Made by a program: the position numbers and the translations under genes
The notes under the pieces: model-generated
The model's input: only the letters and a program-made list of their open reading frames with translations
Told to the model about the DNA's origin: nothing
The model's database searches: none
Source: Azolla caroliniana
Lineage: Eukaryota > Plantae > Polypodiophyta
DNA length: 64,000 nt
NCBI GenBank assembly: GCA_043228905.1
Contig: JBHGNT010000018.1
Coordinates: 13,330,001 to 13,394,000 of the forward strand
Direction of reading: 5' to 3'
Part shown: positions 12,301 through 23,800 of the stretch, piece by piece
Layout of the letters: every line of letters starts with the position of its first letter
How positions within the stretch are numbered: the stretch's first letter is position 1

Positions 12301-14620
12301 TCGATGGTTTCAACGGATATAACCAAATAAGGATGCACCCGGACGATCAAGAAAAGACAACGTTCGTGACAGAATGGGGAGTCTTTGTAGCAGTTGTAAT
12401 GATGTTTGGACTCAAGACGGCGCCAACAACCTTTTAGAGGATTATTATGGAAGTATTTGGAGAATTCATACCGACGTTTATGCAGGTATTCCTGGATGAC
12501 TTCACGGTATATAGCCGGAAAGGAGAACACCTCGACCATCTCAGGTTATGCTTGGAAAAGTGCAGAGGATACCAGTTAAGCTTAAACCCAACAAAATGTG
12601 TCTTTGGTGTGACCAGCAGCACATTGCTAGGTCATATTGTTAGCAAGGAAGGGATTGCCGTGGACGCGGATAAGGTCAAGGCTATTTTGTAGGCACCGGT
12701 GCAAATGATCACCAAGGCTTTAAGTCGGTTCTAAGGACAAATCTGGTGGCATAGTCGGATGCTCCGATAGTTCGTAGATCTCGCCATGCCACTACACGCA
12801 GTTGTACACCGAACATCGTCCAATTGGACGGATGAAGAGGACAAGGCTTACTGCGTACTCAAGGTAATGTTGTCACAAGCACTACCGGTACAACCCCCGG
12901 ATTGGTCAAAAGAGTTCCATGTCTTTGTGGATGCGTTGGATATCGCAAAGTGGTACCGGCCAGTGTACTACACTAGTCGGAAGCTGTCAAAGGCAGAGCG
13001 AAATTATTCCACTACGGAAAGAGAAGCCCTAGGAATGATATACAACGTCACCAAATACCAACATTATTTGTTGGGCCGCAAGTTTTCATTCCATGTCGAC
13101 CATTCAACGCTTTTATACTTGGTTTCGAAGGCATCACTCACTGACAAGCTAGCTCGGTGGACATTATTATTATAAGAATTTGAGTTTGACATTTATCACC
13201 GGCCGGGTATACAACATGCGGTTGCCGATTACTTGAGCCGGTTAGAATCTGGAGAGACCGATAACGGTGTTCAAGATGAATTTCCGGATGCCACATTGTT
13301 TAAAATTACAACGGAAACCACGGTAGATGGGACAGTCGCAGACGAGGACAAATGGCTAACGAATATGCACCAGTTCTTAAGCACCGGACTACCCCCAGAG
13401 GAGATGAACCGGGATGAATGTAAAAGGTTGGCGGTGCAAAGCTGACACTTTTGTCTAGTGCAGGATACACTGTATCATAAAGGAGCGAACTACATATGGT
13501 GGTGAGCGGTTCGGAGTGATGAAAAAGTCACCATTTTATGGGAAGTGTATTGTGGGATCACCGGAGGACATTATGCCGGTGAAGCTACGGCAAGGAAAAT
13601 ATGGCGCAACGGCTTATGGTGGCCAACAACACTAAAGGACTCAGTCCAATATACAAAGGAATGTGATCTATGTCAAGGAATGGGCCAACCAATGGAACAA
13701 GCGTGCATGCCACACCAACCGGTACTACCTCTAGAGCCATTCCAAAAATGGGGGTTGCACTTCGTTGAACCATTCAAGCCACCGACAATGCCAACCAGCA
13801 ACAGGTACCTAATTGTCGCCACAAATTACTGTACAAAATGGGTGGAAACCAAGGCACTACGTGACAGTACTGTGACGTCAACGACAAAGTTCCTGTATGA
13901 GTACATCTGGTGCCAATATGGATGTCCAATCGAATTAATCAGCGAGCAAGGTGGACATTTCCTCGGCCACATGGTGGAAAGCCTAACAACATTTTATGCG
14001 GTCGTACACAAGCGCAACATCCCTTATTACCCGCAGGCCAATGGATTGGCCGAATCTACCAATAAAACTCTCCAGAACATTCTCCGGAAGATTGTCAATG
14101 ATAACTGAACCAATTGGGATGCAAAGCAGCACAACGTGTTATGGGCTTACCAAACGGCATACAAAACAAGTTTCCAGACAACACCATTCCGGTTAGCATT
14201 TGGTCTCGAAGCGGTGATGCCAATTGAATTCCAAATTCCAAGCTTAAGGATATAGGTCCGGGAGTGGCTGAGCGAGAAGGAGTCGGAAAAAATCCGGCTA
14301 GCAGCAATATGCAAGCTGGAGGAACACCAAATAGTGAGCCTAATGCAGATGGAAATCGAGCAACGATGAAGGAAAGCATTCGTCGATCGCCACCGGAAGG
14401 GTAACGAGAATATGTTTGGAATCGGCAAGCCAAACCCGGATGGGCAAGATGCCGGGGAAGCTCCAATTCTAATGGATCGGACCATATTGGATAATGCAAG
14501 AGTTCAATGGCTCATATCAGTTGGGAACGCTAGCCGGTGAGATGCTGGACAAGTGGGTATATGGGTTCCACTTAAACCATATTATGGACCCATGCCACAG
14601 AACCCGTTTTATCAACCGGA
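9378..14620 (+). pseudogene. Element E gag-pol remnant
   Basis: YRDDPDAE gag, ILDGGSRVN protease, RVCVDYQKLN/FLDDF RT, NYSTTEREAL RNase H, PQANGLAE integrase; many stops. Confidence 0.9.
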
Positions 14621-14789
14621 GAACAATGCGGACATAGGTAGCGGCAAACAGTTGGTGAGAAAAAAAGAAGAAGATCATCATGCAGAGGCGAGGAATGAAC
14701 GGACACCTCGAAAAGGTGTGTAGTGGCTATTTAAAGCATAGTTAAAGCGCACCACGTGTCACACAGTTGCTATTATAGTACACGACGTG

Positions 14790-17169
14790 CATGCGCGGGA
14801 ATCGAGAAAGGCGCCAAGCATGGGAACACGAAACCTCCGCCTTGCTGAGTCTCTTTCATTTCGTGAACACAGAGCACTGAGTGCACAAAGGACAATACAA
14901 GTGAGCGGACGGACGCAAGAGGCACAAACAAGCATATCGGCCCTACCTACTCCTGTAGAACCAGACATCGAGATGGAACCTATGGCACTTTCCGAAACAA
15001 CCAAGAAGTGGTTCAACCAACATGGGTTGGGAGGCTTCCTGAGGATAGCAGAGGCACTGCCACACGACCAAGTAGAAGAAGTTGTGCAAAAAATCGACAC
15101 AAAGGTCATAACGGAGGAAGCCATCCGCGAGCTAATCGGACTATTGTAGGGGGTATCTACTCGATCAAGAACCCTTCTCCTAAAACACTCACAAAGTCTT
15201 TTGGCGAGTATTCCCTCGCTATTAAGGCTCACCGGACATAGGACGGTGAGGACCCCCTGTTTAGAGAAGTGGCTCGTGTCCTCCACGAGTATGGGTTCGT
15301 GTACCCTCGACCCCCGGTAATGCCAAAGAACAAAGCCGGTTTCATCATTGCTACGTACACAGGGGTGCAAGTGGGTTGGTTTGCGAACGACGATAGAATC
15401 TGTGCAAAACGGCAAGAAATTATGGACGGCCGTGGCTCAATGGCTAACTCTTTTGGCGCCACCGGTGGAGCCGGTAAGGACTAAGAAGTGGGTTCGAGTA
15501 ATGTAAACCACGCCTAACAAACCTTCAAAATGCCAGACCCTTCTGGCCAAGCACACACCTCGATGGAAAGAGGGCAGAACCTCACAGCAAGGGAAAGAAC
15601 CGCCTAGCCCGAAGAAGCAAGCAGAGATAGGAACACTGGTGGAGCCACCAGTAAGGCCTCTAAAAATCAAGTTGTCTCAACAAGAACAAGAGCCGGACCA
15701 AAGAACACGAAGATCAATATCAAGACCAAAGAGGAGGAGGCGGAGGAAGACCCTGCCGATAACCTCCTACGTGGCTAGAAGCGTACTGATGTGGAGCAGA
15801 AGGGGAACAAATCGGGTCCAGTGAAGGACAACGCACCGACACCCCGCTCTGAGGGACTGGAGCCAAGGAAGGAGGCGGAACCGGTTCAACCAGAACCGAT
15901 GGAAGAGCTACCTGTGCGGCAAGAAGTAGCAGTGCCAGTGGTGCAAGAACTGGTAATTGAATTGCCTACCTCACTAGGGCAACATGCACAACAAGAGTCG
16001 GAGTTGTCGTTGCAGTCAACAATCCAAAAAGGGCTTCCAATGAGAATAGAGGCTACGCCACAACCAGAACCGACACCTCGAAAAGGCACCGATAGTCAAT
16101 GGCTATGGTGGATCGGCGAGCTGGTGGCTGGGGTGGTGTGCCAAATAAAAATGGAGGAGAGAGCACAGGGGAACCGGTTGGTGTGCCACAATCGAAGAAC
16201 TTGAGAAGGCCTAATCGAGGATCCAGAGTATGGAAGAAGAAATTGTGCAGGCTAAAGTAGAGGCGGCTAAGCAGGTCACAGGAGGACCAAGACTACTAAA
16301 ACCGGTGGCTCCGATGAATGAACAGACTAATAAGATGTCGGTAACTGAAATAGGAAAAGATGCAAATAAGGCACAAGAACAGGAACTCGCCACTCTCAGA
16401 GAGGAATTGGTAGCCCAAGAGGCCTTAAGGGCTAGAGAACAAGACCTAAAGAAGGCGGCGGAGGAAGAGCAAGAAAAAACGGCAGAGAACCTCCGAAAAG
16501 CCGAGGACAATCTATAGAAAGGTCATCAAGCATATCAAGCATCATGAGGAGATGGAACAAGCAAAGATGGCTTTGAATAGAGTTCAAACGACTTAACAAA
16601 TGCAACTGATGCAGTATCAGGGACAAGTTGAGGTCACCACGATCCTCATAAAGCAATTAAAGGATGAAAAGCAGGTTGCAGAGCAGAAGTCAAAGATGGG
16701 ACTTGACCGTATTCGAGATATTGTACTCACATGGAGGGACCGGAAGAAGAAGTTAGTTGAAGAAAGTTCAGTGTAATGGTGGTCCAAATGGGCAAAGCAG
16801 GTAGCCGAGTTGCAGGTCTTGCGAGCAGATGTGAAGAACCGGCAAAAGGACGATGATAACTTCTACAAACTTGACACCGAAAGTGTTGTGACCATATAGG
16901 AGGAGTTATCGGATGACATCCTGTCCTTGGCCGGAGAGCAACTGGTGGCGGTCAGCCGGTTGGTGGAACAACTGGATGACGACCAACAGGATACCCAAGT
17001 CCAGTTTGAGTGTTACGAACGGGAGCGGAGACAGCAAATGGAGCCTAGAAGAACGACGACAATTAACATTAGTGATGAAGAGAAATCTTCGGAGCAGACG
17101 CCAAATGTAGCCGAAACCGGAGTAAGCAAGACAAAAGTAACTCAAGGGGAGCAATCGAAGGTAGCCGAC
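14790..17169 (+). pseudogene. Element E extra 3' ORF (homolog of the F 750-aa ORF), continuing at 28137-28349
   Basis: WFNQHGLGGFL, ITEEAIRELIGL, ARVLHEYGFVYPRPPVMP and ELATLREELVAQEAL match the F ORF. Confidence 0.85.
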
Positions 17170-17602
17170 TGTTAACTCTTCGGGCCGGACAATGGCCTAA
17201 CACAGGGTGTCTACGGGAGACACTTCACCAAAGGGTGTTACGGCAACCGGATTAGACTTCAACGCTTAATCCAACTTAATCAAGTTACTTATTAAGATCG
17301 TCTTCATAACATGCGTAAGATATAACAATTAAGACAGAACGGCAATTAACACAGAGATATAACAACGCTTAAGCTTTCATTAATTAACCGCTAACTATTT
17401 CATTGTATCCGGGCCTTTAAATAGGTTTCTGGTCTGTATTACAAAACGGTGCCATCCGCACCTGTTCGGGATCGGTTCGGATCCGGAACGGCATACCGAT
17501 TCCGGTCCGTCCGTCCACACTCATAGCTTAATTACAACCACATTCCTACTACTTAATTAGCTCTCCGTTTCCCACTCTGGACTCCTTTGCCAGCCGGTAA
17601 CA
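17170..17602 (-). repeat. 3' LTR of element F
   Basis: TGTTA...TAACA; direct repeat of 27699-28131. Confidence 0.97.
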
Positions 17603-17604
17603 CA

Positions 17605-17646
17605 TGGCACGCCCGTGGGACAGTACCTTGTACGTCGAATCCACAA
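17605..17646 (-). promoter_or_regulatory. tRNA-3'-end-like module in place of the PPT of element F
   Basis: Sense TTGTGGATTCGACGTACAAGGTACTGTCCCACGGGCGTGCCA, ending 2 nt before the 3' LTR; no purine tract. Confidence 0.8.
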
Positions 17647-17656
17647 CCGACCCTTG

Positions 17657-20653
17657 CTATTCTTCGTCCAAAATGTCCAGAATGCTCTGTTCGAGAGGCT
17701 CCAATGGTTCATCTGGAAGTGGTTGTTGTTGTTGTTGTTGTTGCTGCGCTGTTGCTGTCTGCTGCGGCGGGTCCGTTGGTGGTTGCTGCGGCTGCTCCTC
17801 CATTTGTGGCTCTGACACCGGCGTCTCCGTCGTTGCTCCCTGCGTCGTGGTGGTCTCCGGTTGACTGGTTCCCAACTGGCCCTCAGCTGAAGACGGTTCC
17901 TCATCACTAAGGTTAACCGTTGTCGCTTCCCGTGCTTTTTCTTCCCGTACCCGGGACCGCTTGTAGCTTTCAAACTGGATTTGAGCGTCCAGCCTATCAT
18001 CGTCCAGCTGAGCTACGAGCTGCCTGACATGCGCCAGCTGTTCATCTGCCAGGACTTGGAAGTCGTCGGCCAGCTCGTCCCGTATGGCAGTGAAGTCCTC
18101 GGAAGTCAACGTATAACAGTCATCTCCTTCCTTCCGCCGGTTTGCCACATCCGCCCGTAGCAACTGGAGTTCCGCCGCGTTTTGTGCCCACTTTGTCCAC
18201 CATTTTACGGAGCTTTCATCAATCAAGTGTTTCGTCTGATTCAGCCATGCCCAGAGGATGGACTGAATCCGGCTCGTTCCCAATTGCGATTTGGTTTCCG
18301 CTGCTTGCCGTTCCTCCTTCAGTTGTTTGATGATTTTTACGTTGTCCTCCGCCTGCGCCTTGTAATGCGTCAATTGCCTTTGATATGTACTTTGTAATTT
18401 CTACAATACTGTTGACGCTCTCTCTTTGTCTTCCTGCTGCTGCCTCTGGAGCTCCATCCGGACCTTCTCCGCCTCTTCCAACCGTCTTGTATTTTCCGCC
18501 CGTTCGTCGACGATCACCGTCGCGGCCCGATCAACTACCTGCTGGAGCTCAACCATCCGTTCTTTATGCTCCGTTTCCAGCCGTTTGTAGTCCCGGTGCA
18601 GGTGCTCAAAATCATCCGTCTTTTGCTTGAGTTGTGTGTTGATCTGACGACGGGCCCGGTCCTCGCGGTCCTTCTGCTGGCGAAGCTCTTCCTTTAGCCG
18701 TTCAATCTCTGTTTCCGCCGTTTTCCGCAGCTTGTCCTTTTCCTGCAACACTTTGTCTTTCTCCTCCTTTAGCCGGTCGTATGCTTGATGGCCTTTCCGG
18801 AGGCTCTCCTCTGCCCGGCGGAGGTTCTCAGTAGTCTTCTTTAATTCAGTTTCGGCCGCCGTCTTCAATTCTCGTTCACGGCTCCTTAGCGCTTCTTGTG
18901 CGGCAAGTTCCTCTCTCAATTCCGCAAGCTCCCGAGCTTGCGCCGCATCTCTCGCCGGAACGGTTTTCGTTGCCGGGGTCTTATTGTTATGTACAGGTCG
19001 TTCCGTTTCATTATTCTGTACACTTACCGGGGTCACCGGTGATTGGATCTGTATTTTGGCCATCTCTGTCGTGACCTGATCCAAATCTTTTTCAAGGCAC
19101 CGGATTCTGGACCGGGCCGTCTCTAGTTGTTCGGTTGTGACGAGCAACCATTCGCTTTGCGCTCTTTCTTCCGCCTCTATATACCCGACTGCTCCGGCTA
19201 TTTGTTCGCCTATCCACCGGAGCCACAGGCTACCAGTGCCTTGTTGTGCTTGCACGGAGGTTTGATAGATGGGCTCGCTTGTAGAGGGATGGTCCCGCCT
19301 GGTTGCGCCGAGTTGCAGTTCCTTTTCTGCCCGTGGACCATCCTGCTGTCCTTGGTCCCCTTGCACTTCTTCTTGGCTGACCGAGGGAGGCTGCAGTGAC
19401 CTTTCCGGCTCTAGCGGGATGGGACTTGCCGGTGTTGCCAGTGGTGCCGGGGCTTCTGTTTCCGGTGCCATCTGCACTGGTTCCGGTTCCTTCCTTGGCG
19501 TAGGAGTCTCAATCTGGGGAGCCGGTGTTCCCTCCGTCTGAGGGTCCGAACGTTTCCCGGCTGTCTCAACGGTCCTTGCCGACGACCGTCGCTGGAGGTG
19601 CTCCGTAGGCTCCTCCTCTATTTCCTCCTCCTGAGCTCCGGCATTGAGTTTTGCCGCCAAGGGGTCCACTTCTCGATTCACCGGTCGGCGGAGTGTGACC
19701 TTTACGGGCCGTGCCGGTGGTTCCTCCTGCGCCTCCGTTGGACGCTTCCGGCTTCCGCTTCCCGCTGCCGCCTGTTCTGCATCCACCGCCTTTCCCTTAT
19801 TGGCCTTAGAAGCCAACAGTTGTTGCCGTTTGGAAGCCGTCCTTGGGGTGCCGTCCGGCACTCTTCCTCGCTTCTTGGGCTGGGCGGTCTGAACGGGTGG
19901 CACCAGCAAGGTGAGCCACTGCGTTACGGCATGCCATATCCTTCGTCCGTCTCGGCCTTCTTTGCCGTCTTTGCCTCTGACGATCTCGATCGCCGCACAC
20001 AACCCGTCTGCAATCAATACCGGCCAATCCACCTTGATCCCTTCATAGGTGGCGATGATCATCCCTACCCGGTTCTGCGGCATTACAGGGGGTCTAGGGT
20101 ATACGTGGCCGTATTCATGGAGCACACGAGCAATTTCGCAGAACAACATATCTCTGCCGCCCTGTGTCCGGTAGCCCTTGCTGGCTAGAGAGTACTCACC
20201 AAAATACCTGATGAGTTGCTCCGGGGTTGGATTGTCGATCGTGAGTATGCCTCCCTTTGGAAGGCCTGTTAATGCTCGAATCGCCTCTGCCGTTATGACC
20301 TCTGTATCGATTTCCTTGATCACTTTGTCGGCTTCTTTGTGTGGCGGTACTTCCATCATCATCAGGAAACCCTCGAGCCCGTGTTGCTTCAGCCATGTCT
20401 TGGCGGCTTCCGACAGCGTTTGCGGGTCCATTTCTGTGTCGGGGTCGGACTGCGGTGACGAGGATGGATGGTGATGAGAACGGGGTTGAGAAAGAGAGAG
20501 TTCAGAAGGCGGGGGTTCTCTGTGTGCAGGTTCTCGTCTGATGATCTTGCAGCGTTTCGGTCCTTCTGTGCTCCTGGGTTTGCGAAAATAGAGGGTCTCT
20601 ACGCGCAATGGTTTTTGTCTGTGCATTCTGGCGCCTTTTTCGAGTTTGTGCAT
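17657..20653 (-). CDS. Element F extra ORF (about 990 aa if the one frameshift near 18400 is repaired): N-terminal plant-transposon-protein-like domain, P/E-rich linker, long coiled coil
   Basis: ORFs 18401-20653 (750 aa) and 17657-18373 (238 aa); homologous segments in E, G and I; ends ILDILDEE*. Confidence 0.8.
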
Positions 20654-20806
20654 GTCGCGTACTTAAAATAGCATTCTGTCCTGTGGTGGCACTTTAAATG
20701 CCCACTACGTACCTTTTCGCTCCACGCTCTTTCATCCATTCATTCCTCGCTTTTGCATGATTGTTTTTTTTTTTTTTTTTCTGTTATTATTATTATTACT
20801 GTGACG

Positions 20807-23800
20807 TCACATGTCCGTTGGTCCTCCCGGACCTTTACCAGCCTCATTCTCTCCGGTTCCCGGCTTGCCGTCTTGGTGGTTGCCGTCGGTCCTTTCCTCA
20901 AACGGGTTCTTAGGCATTGGTCCTCTATATGCCTTTAACCAGAATCCGTTGACCCATTTGCCCAGCACTTCGCCGGCAAGTGTCCCCAACTGGTAGGACC
21001 CATTATACTCCTGTGTTAGCCAATATGGTCCGGTCCATCTAAACCTTAGTTTACCCGGCATCTTGCCCATCCGGGTTTGGAATACTAGCACTGGTTTGCC
21101 GATTGCGAACATTTTTTTGATACCTTTCCTGTGCCGGTCGACAAATGCTTTCCGTCGCCGTTGCTCCAATTCTAAATGTAGGATGCTGGCCAACCGTTGT
21201 TCCTCCAGCTCACACAGCGCTGTCAACCTTATTGTCTCCGACTCCTTCTCGTTCAGCCATTCTCGTAGCTGAATCCGTAAGCTAGGTACTTGAAATTCTA
21301 CCGGCATGACCGCCTCGAGTTCGAACGCCAACCGGAACGGTGTTGTTCGGATGCTTGTTTTGTATGTCGTCCGGTATGCCCAAAGCGCGCTATGTAGCTT
21401 TGTGTCCCAATCCGTCCGGTTCTCGTTGACGATCTTCCGAAGGATGTTCTGGAGCGTCTTGTTTGTTGATTCCGCTAATCCGTTCGCTTGTGGATAGTAA
21501 GGTGTGCTTCGTTTGTGGACCACGGCATAGAAGGTTGTTAGGCTTTCCACTACTTGTCCGAGAAAGTGCCCCCCTTGATCACTTATCAATTCAATGGGGC
21601 ATCCGTTATGGCACCAGATGTACTCATATAGAAACTTTGTCGTTGACACAGTGGTATTATCCCGTAAAGCTTTGGCCTCCACCCATTTCGTGCAGTAATC
21701 CGTAGCAACGATAACGTACCGATTACCCGTTCTCATTGCCAGTGGCTTGAACGGTCCTACAAAGTCCAGCCCCCACTTTTGGAATGGCTCGAGTGGTAGT
21801 ACCGGCTGGTGTGGCATACGAGCCTGCTCCGTTGGCTGGCCCATTCTCTAGCATAGGTCACATTCTTTTGCCTACCGTACCGCATCTCTTAATGTCGTGG
21901 GCCACCATAGGCCACTTTGCCATATTTTTTTGGCTGTCGCATCTCTGGCATAGTGACCTCCGGCAACTCCGTAGTGGGCTTCCCTCAATATCAGTTCCTT
22001 TTCATCGCTGCGCACCGCCCGTCTCCATATGCCGTCAGTGCCCTTGTGGTACAGTGTGTCTTGCAGTAAGCAGAAATGTCGGCTTTGTACCGCTAGGTGT
22101 TTCCGTTCGTCCCGGTTCAGCTCTACCGGAGGCAGTCCTGTGCTCAGAAACTGGTGCATATTTGTGAGCCACTTGTCTTCCTGGGCCACTGTCTCATCTG
22201 CTGCCGTCTTCGTAGTCACTCGAAACAGTTCCGCATCCGGAAACTCATCCGGTACTCCGTCCCCCGTTTCTCCGGACTCCAATTGGCTTAAGTAATCCGC
22301 TACGACATGCTGTATACCGGGTCGGTGGAATATTTCAAACTCGAACTCCTGTAACAATAAGGTCCACCGGGCCAATTTGCCGGTGAGTGATGCCTTGGAC
22401 ACCAGGTAAAGGAGTGTCGAATGATCTACATGGAAGGAAAACTTCCTTCCCAATAAATAGTGCCGAAACTTTGTCACACTGTAGATCATTCCTAGAGCTT
22501 CCCGTTCCGTAGTAGAGTAGTTCCGTTCTGCTTGGGATAGCTTCCGGCTGGCATAGTACACTGGCCGGTACCACTTTGGTTCCGTAAGCTGCATCAGTAC
22601 GCTTCCGATTGCGATGTTGGAGGCATCCACGAACACGTGAAATTCTTTACTCCAGTCCGGAGGTTGTACTACCGGTGCCTGCGACAATAGTACCTTGAGG
22701 GCCTTATACGCCCTATCCTTAGTATCAGTCCATTGGAATGGTGTCCGATGTATGGCGGCATGCAACGGTGTAGCCAGGTCGGCCGAGTATCAGAGCATCC
22801 AGCTGTGCCACCGGATCTGGCCTAAGAACCGGCTTAATGCCTTTGCCGTTGCCGGCGCCGGTGCTTCTAATATGGCTTTCACTTTGTCCGGGTCGACTGC
22901 AATACCCTCCTGGCTCACGATATGTCCTAATAAAGTTCCACTGGACACGCCAAATACACACTTTGCCGGATTCAAGCTTAGCCGGTACGCTCTACATTTT
23001 TCTAGACAAAGACGGAGGTGCTGAAAATGGTCCTCCTCCTGGCTATAGACGGCGAAATCGTCAAGGAAAACCTGCATAAAAACCGGTATATATTCACCAA
23101 AGATTTCCATGATGATTCTTTGAAATGTTGCTGGTGCCGTTTTGAGTCCGAACATCATCACCACGGCCACAAACACCCCCCATTCGGTGACGAATGCCGT
23201 TTTCTCCTGGTCGTCGGGGTGCATCCGGATCTGATTATACCCGTTGAATCCGTCTAGAAAGCTATAGACCTCATGGCCGGCGACGGCATCCAACACTCCA
23301 TCCGTGAACGGAAGTGGAAACGCATCCGTTACCGTAGCCGCATTCAGTTTCCGGTAGTCCACGCAAACTCGAATTTTTCCGTTCTTCTTCGGTACGACTA
23401 CGATCGGGCTCAGCCATGTCGCTTTCTTTACCGGACGGATAAAGCCAACTCTTAGCAGTTTGTCGATTTCTTCCTTGACCTTGGCAGCATAATTGGGATT
23501 CATCTGGTACCGTCTTTGTGCCACTGGTTTTGCGTCCTTGCTCAAGTGTACTTGATGCTGGTATAACTGAGGGTCGAGTCCTCGCATATCTTCGTATGAC
23601 CAGGCGAACACATCCCGGAATTCCGTGAGAAGTGTTATCATCGCCCTTTTGCCTTCGGACTTCATCTCCTTGGCGATGTGCACCGGTTTTGCTTCGTCCG
23701 TGGTGCCTAAATTCACCTCTTCCAGTTGCGATGCTTTTACGCGCTGTGAAACGGCCATTTCCCGTTCCAACGCTTCCTGCGCTTGCCGTAACTCCCGGAT

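Noticed and set aside
18401-20653. env gene
   Set aside because: No signal peptide or transmembrane helix; the protein is hydrophilic and coiled-coil.
21872-22765. Additional archaeal-type RNase H, as in Tat/Ogre
   Set aside because: RNase H runs through a short linker straight into integrase; no second RH motif set is visible.
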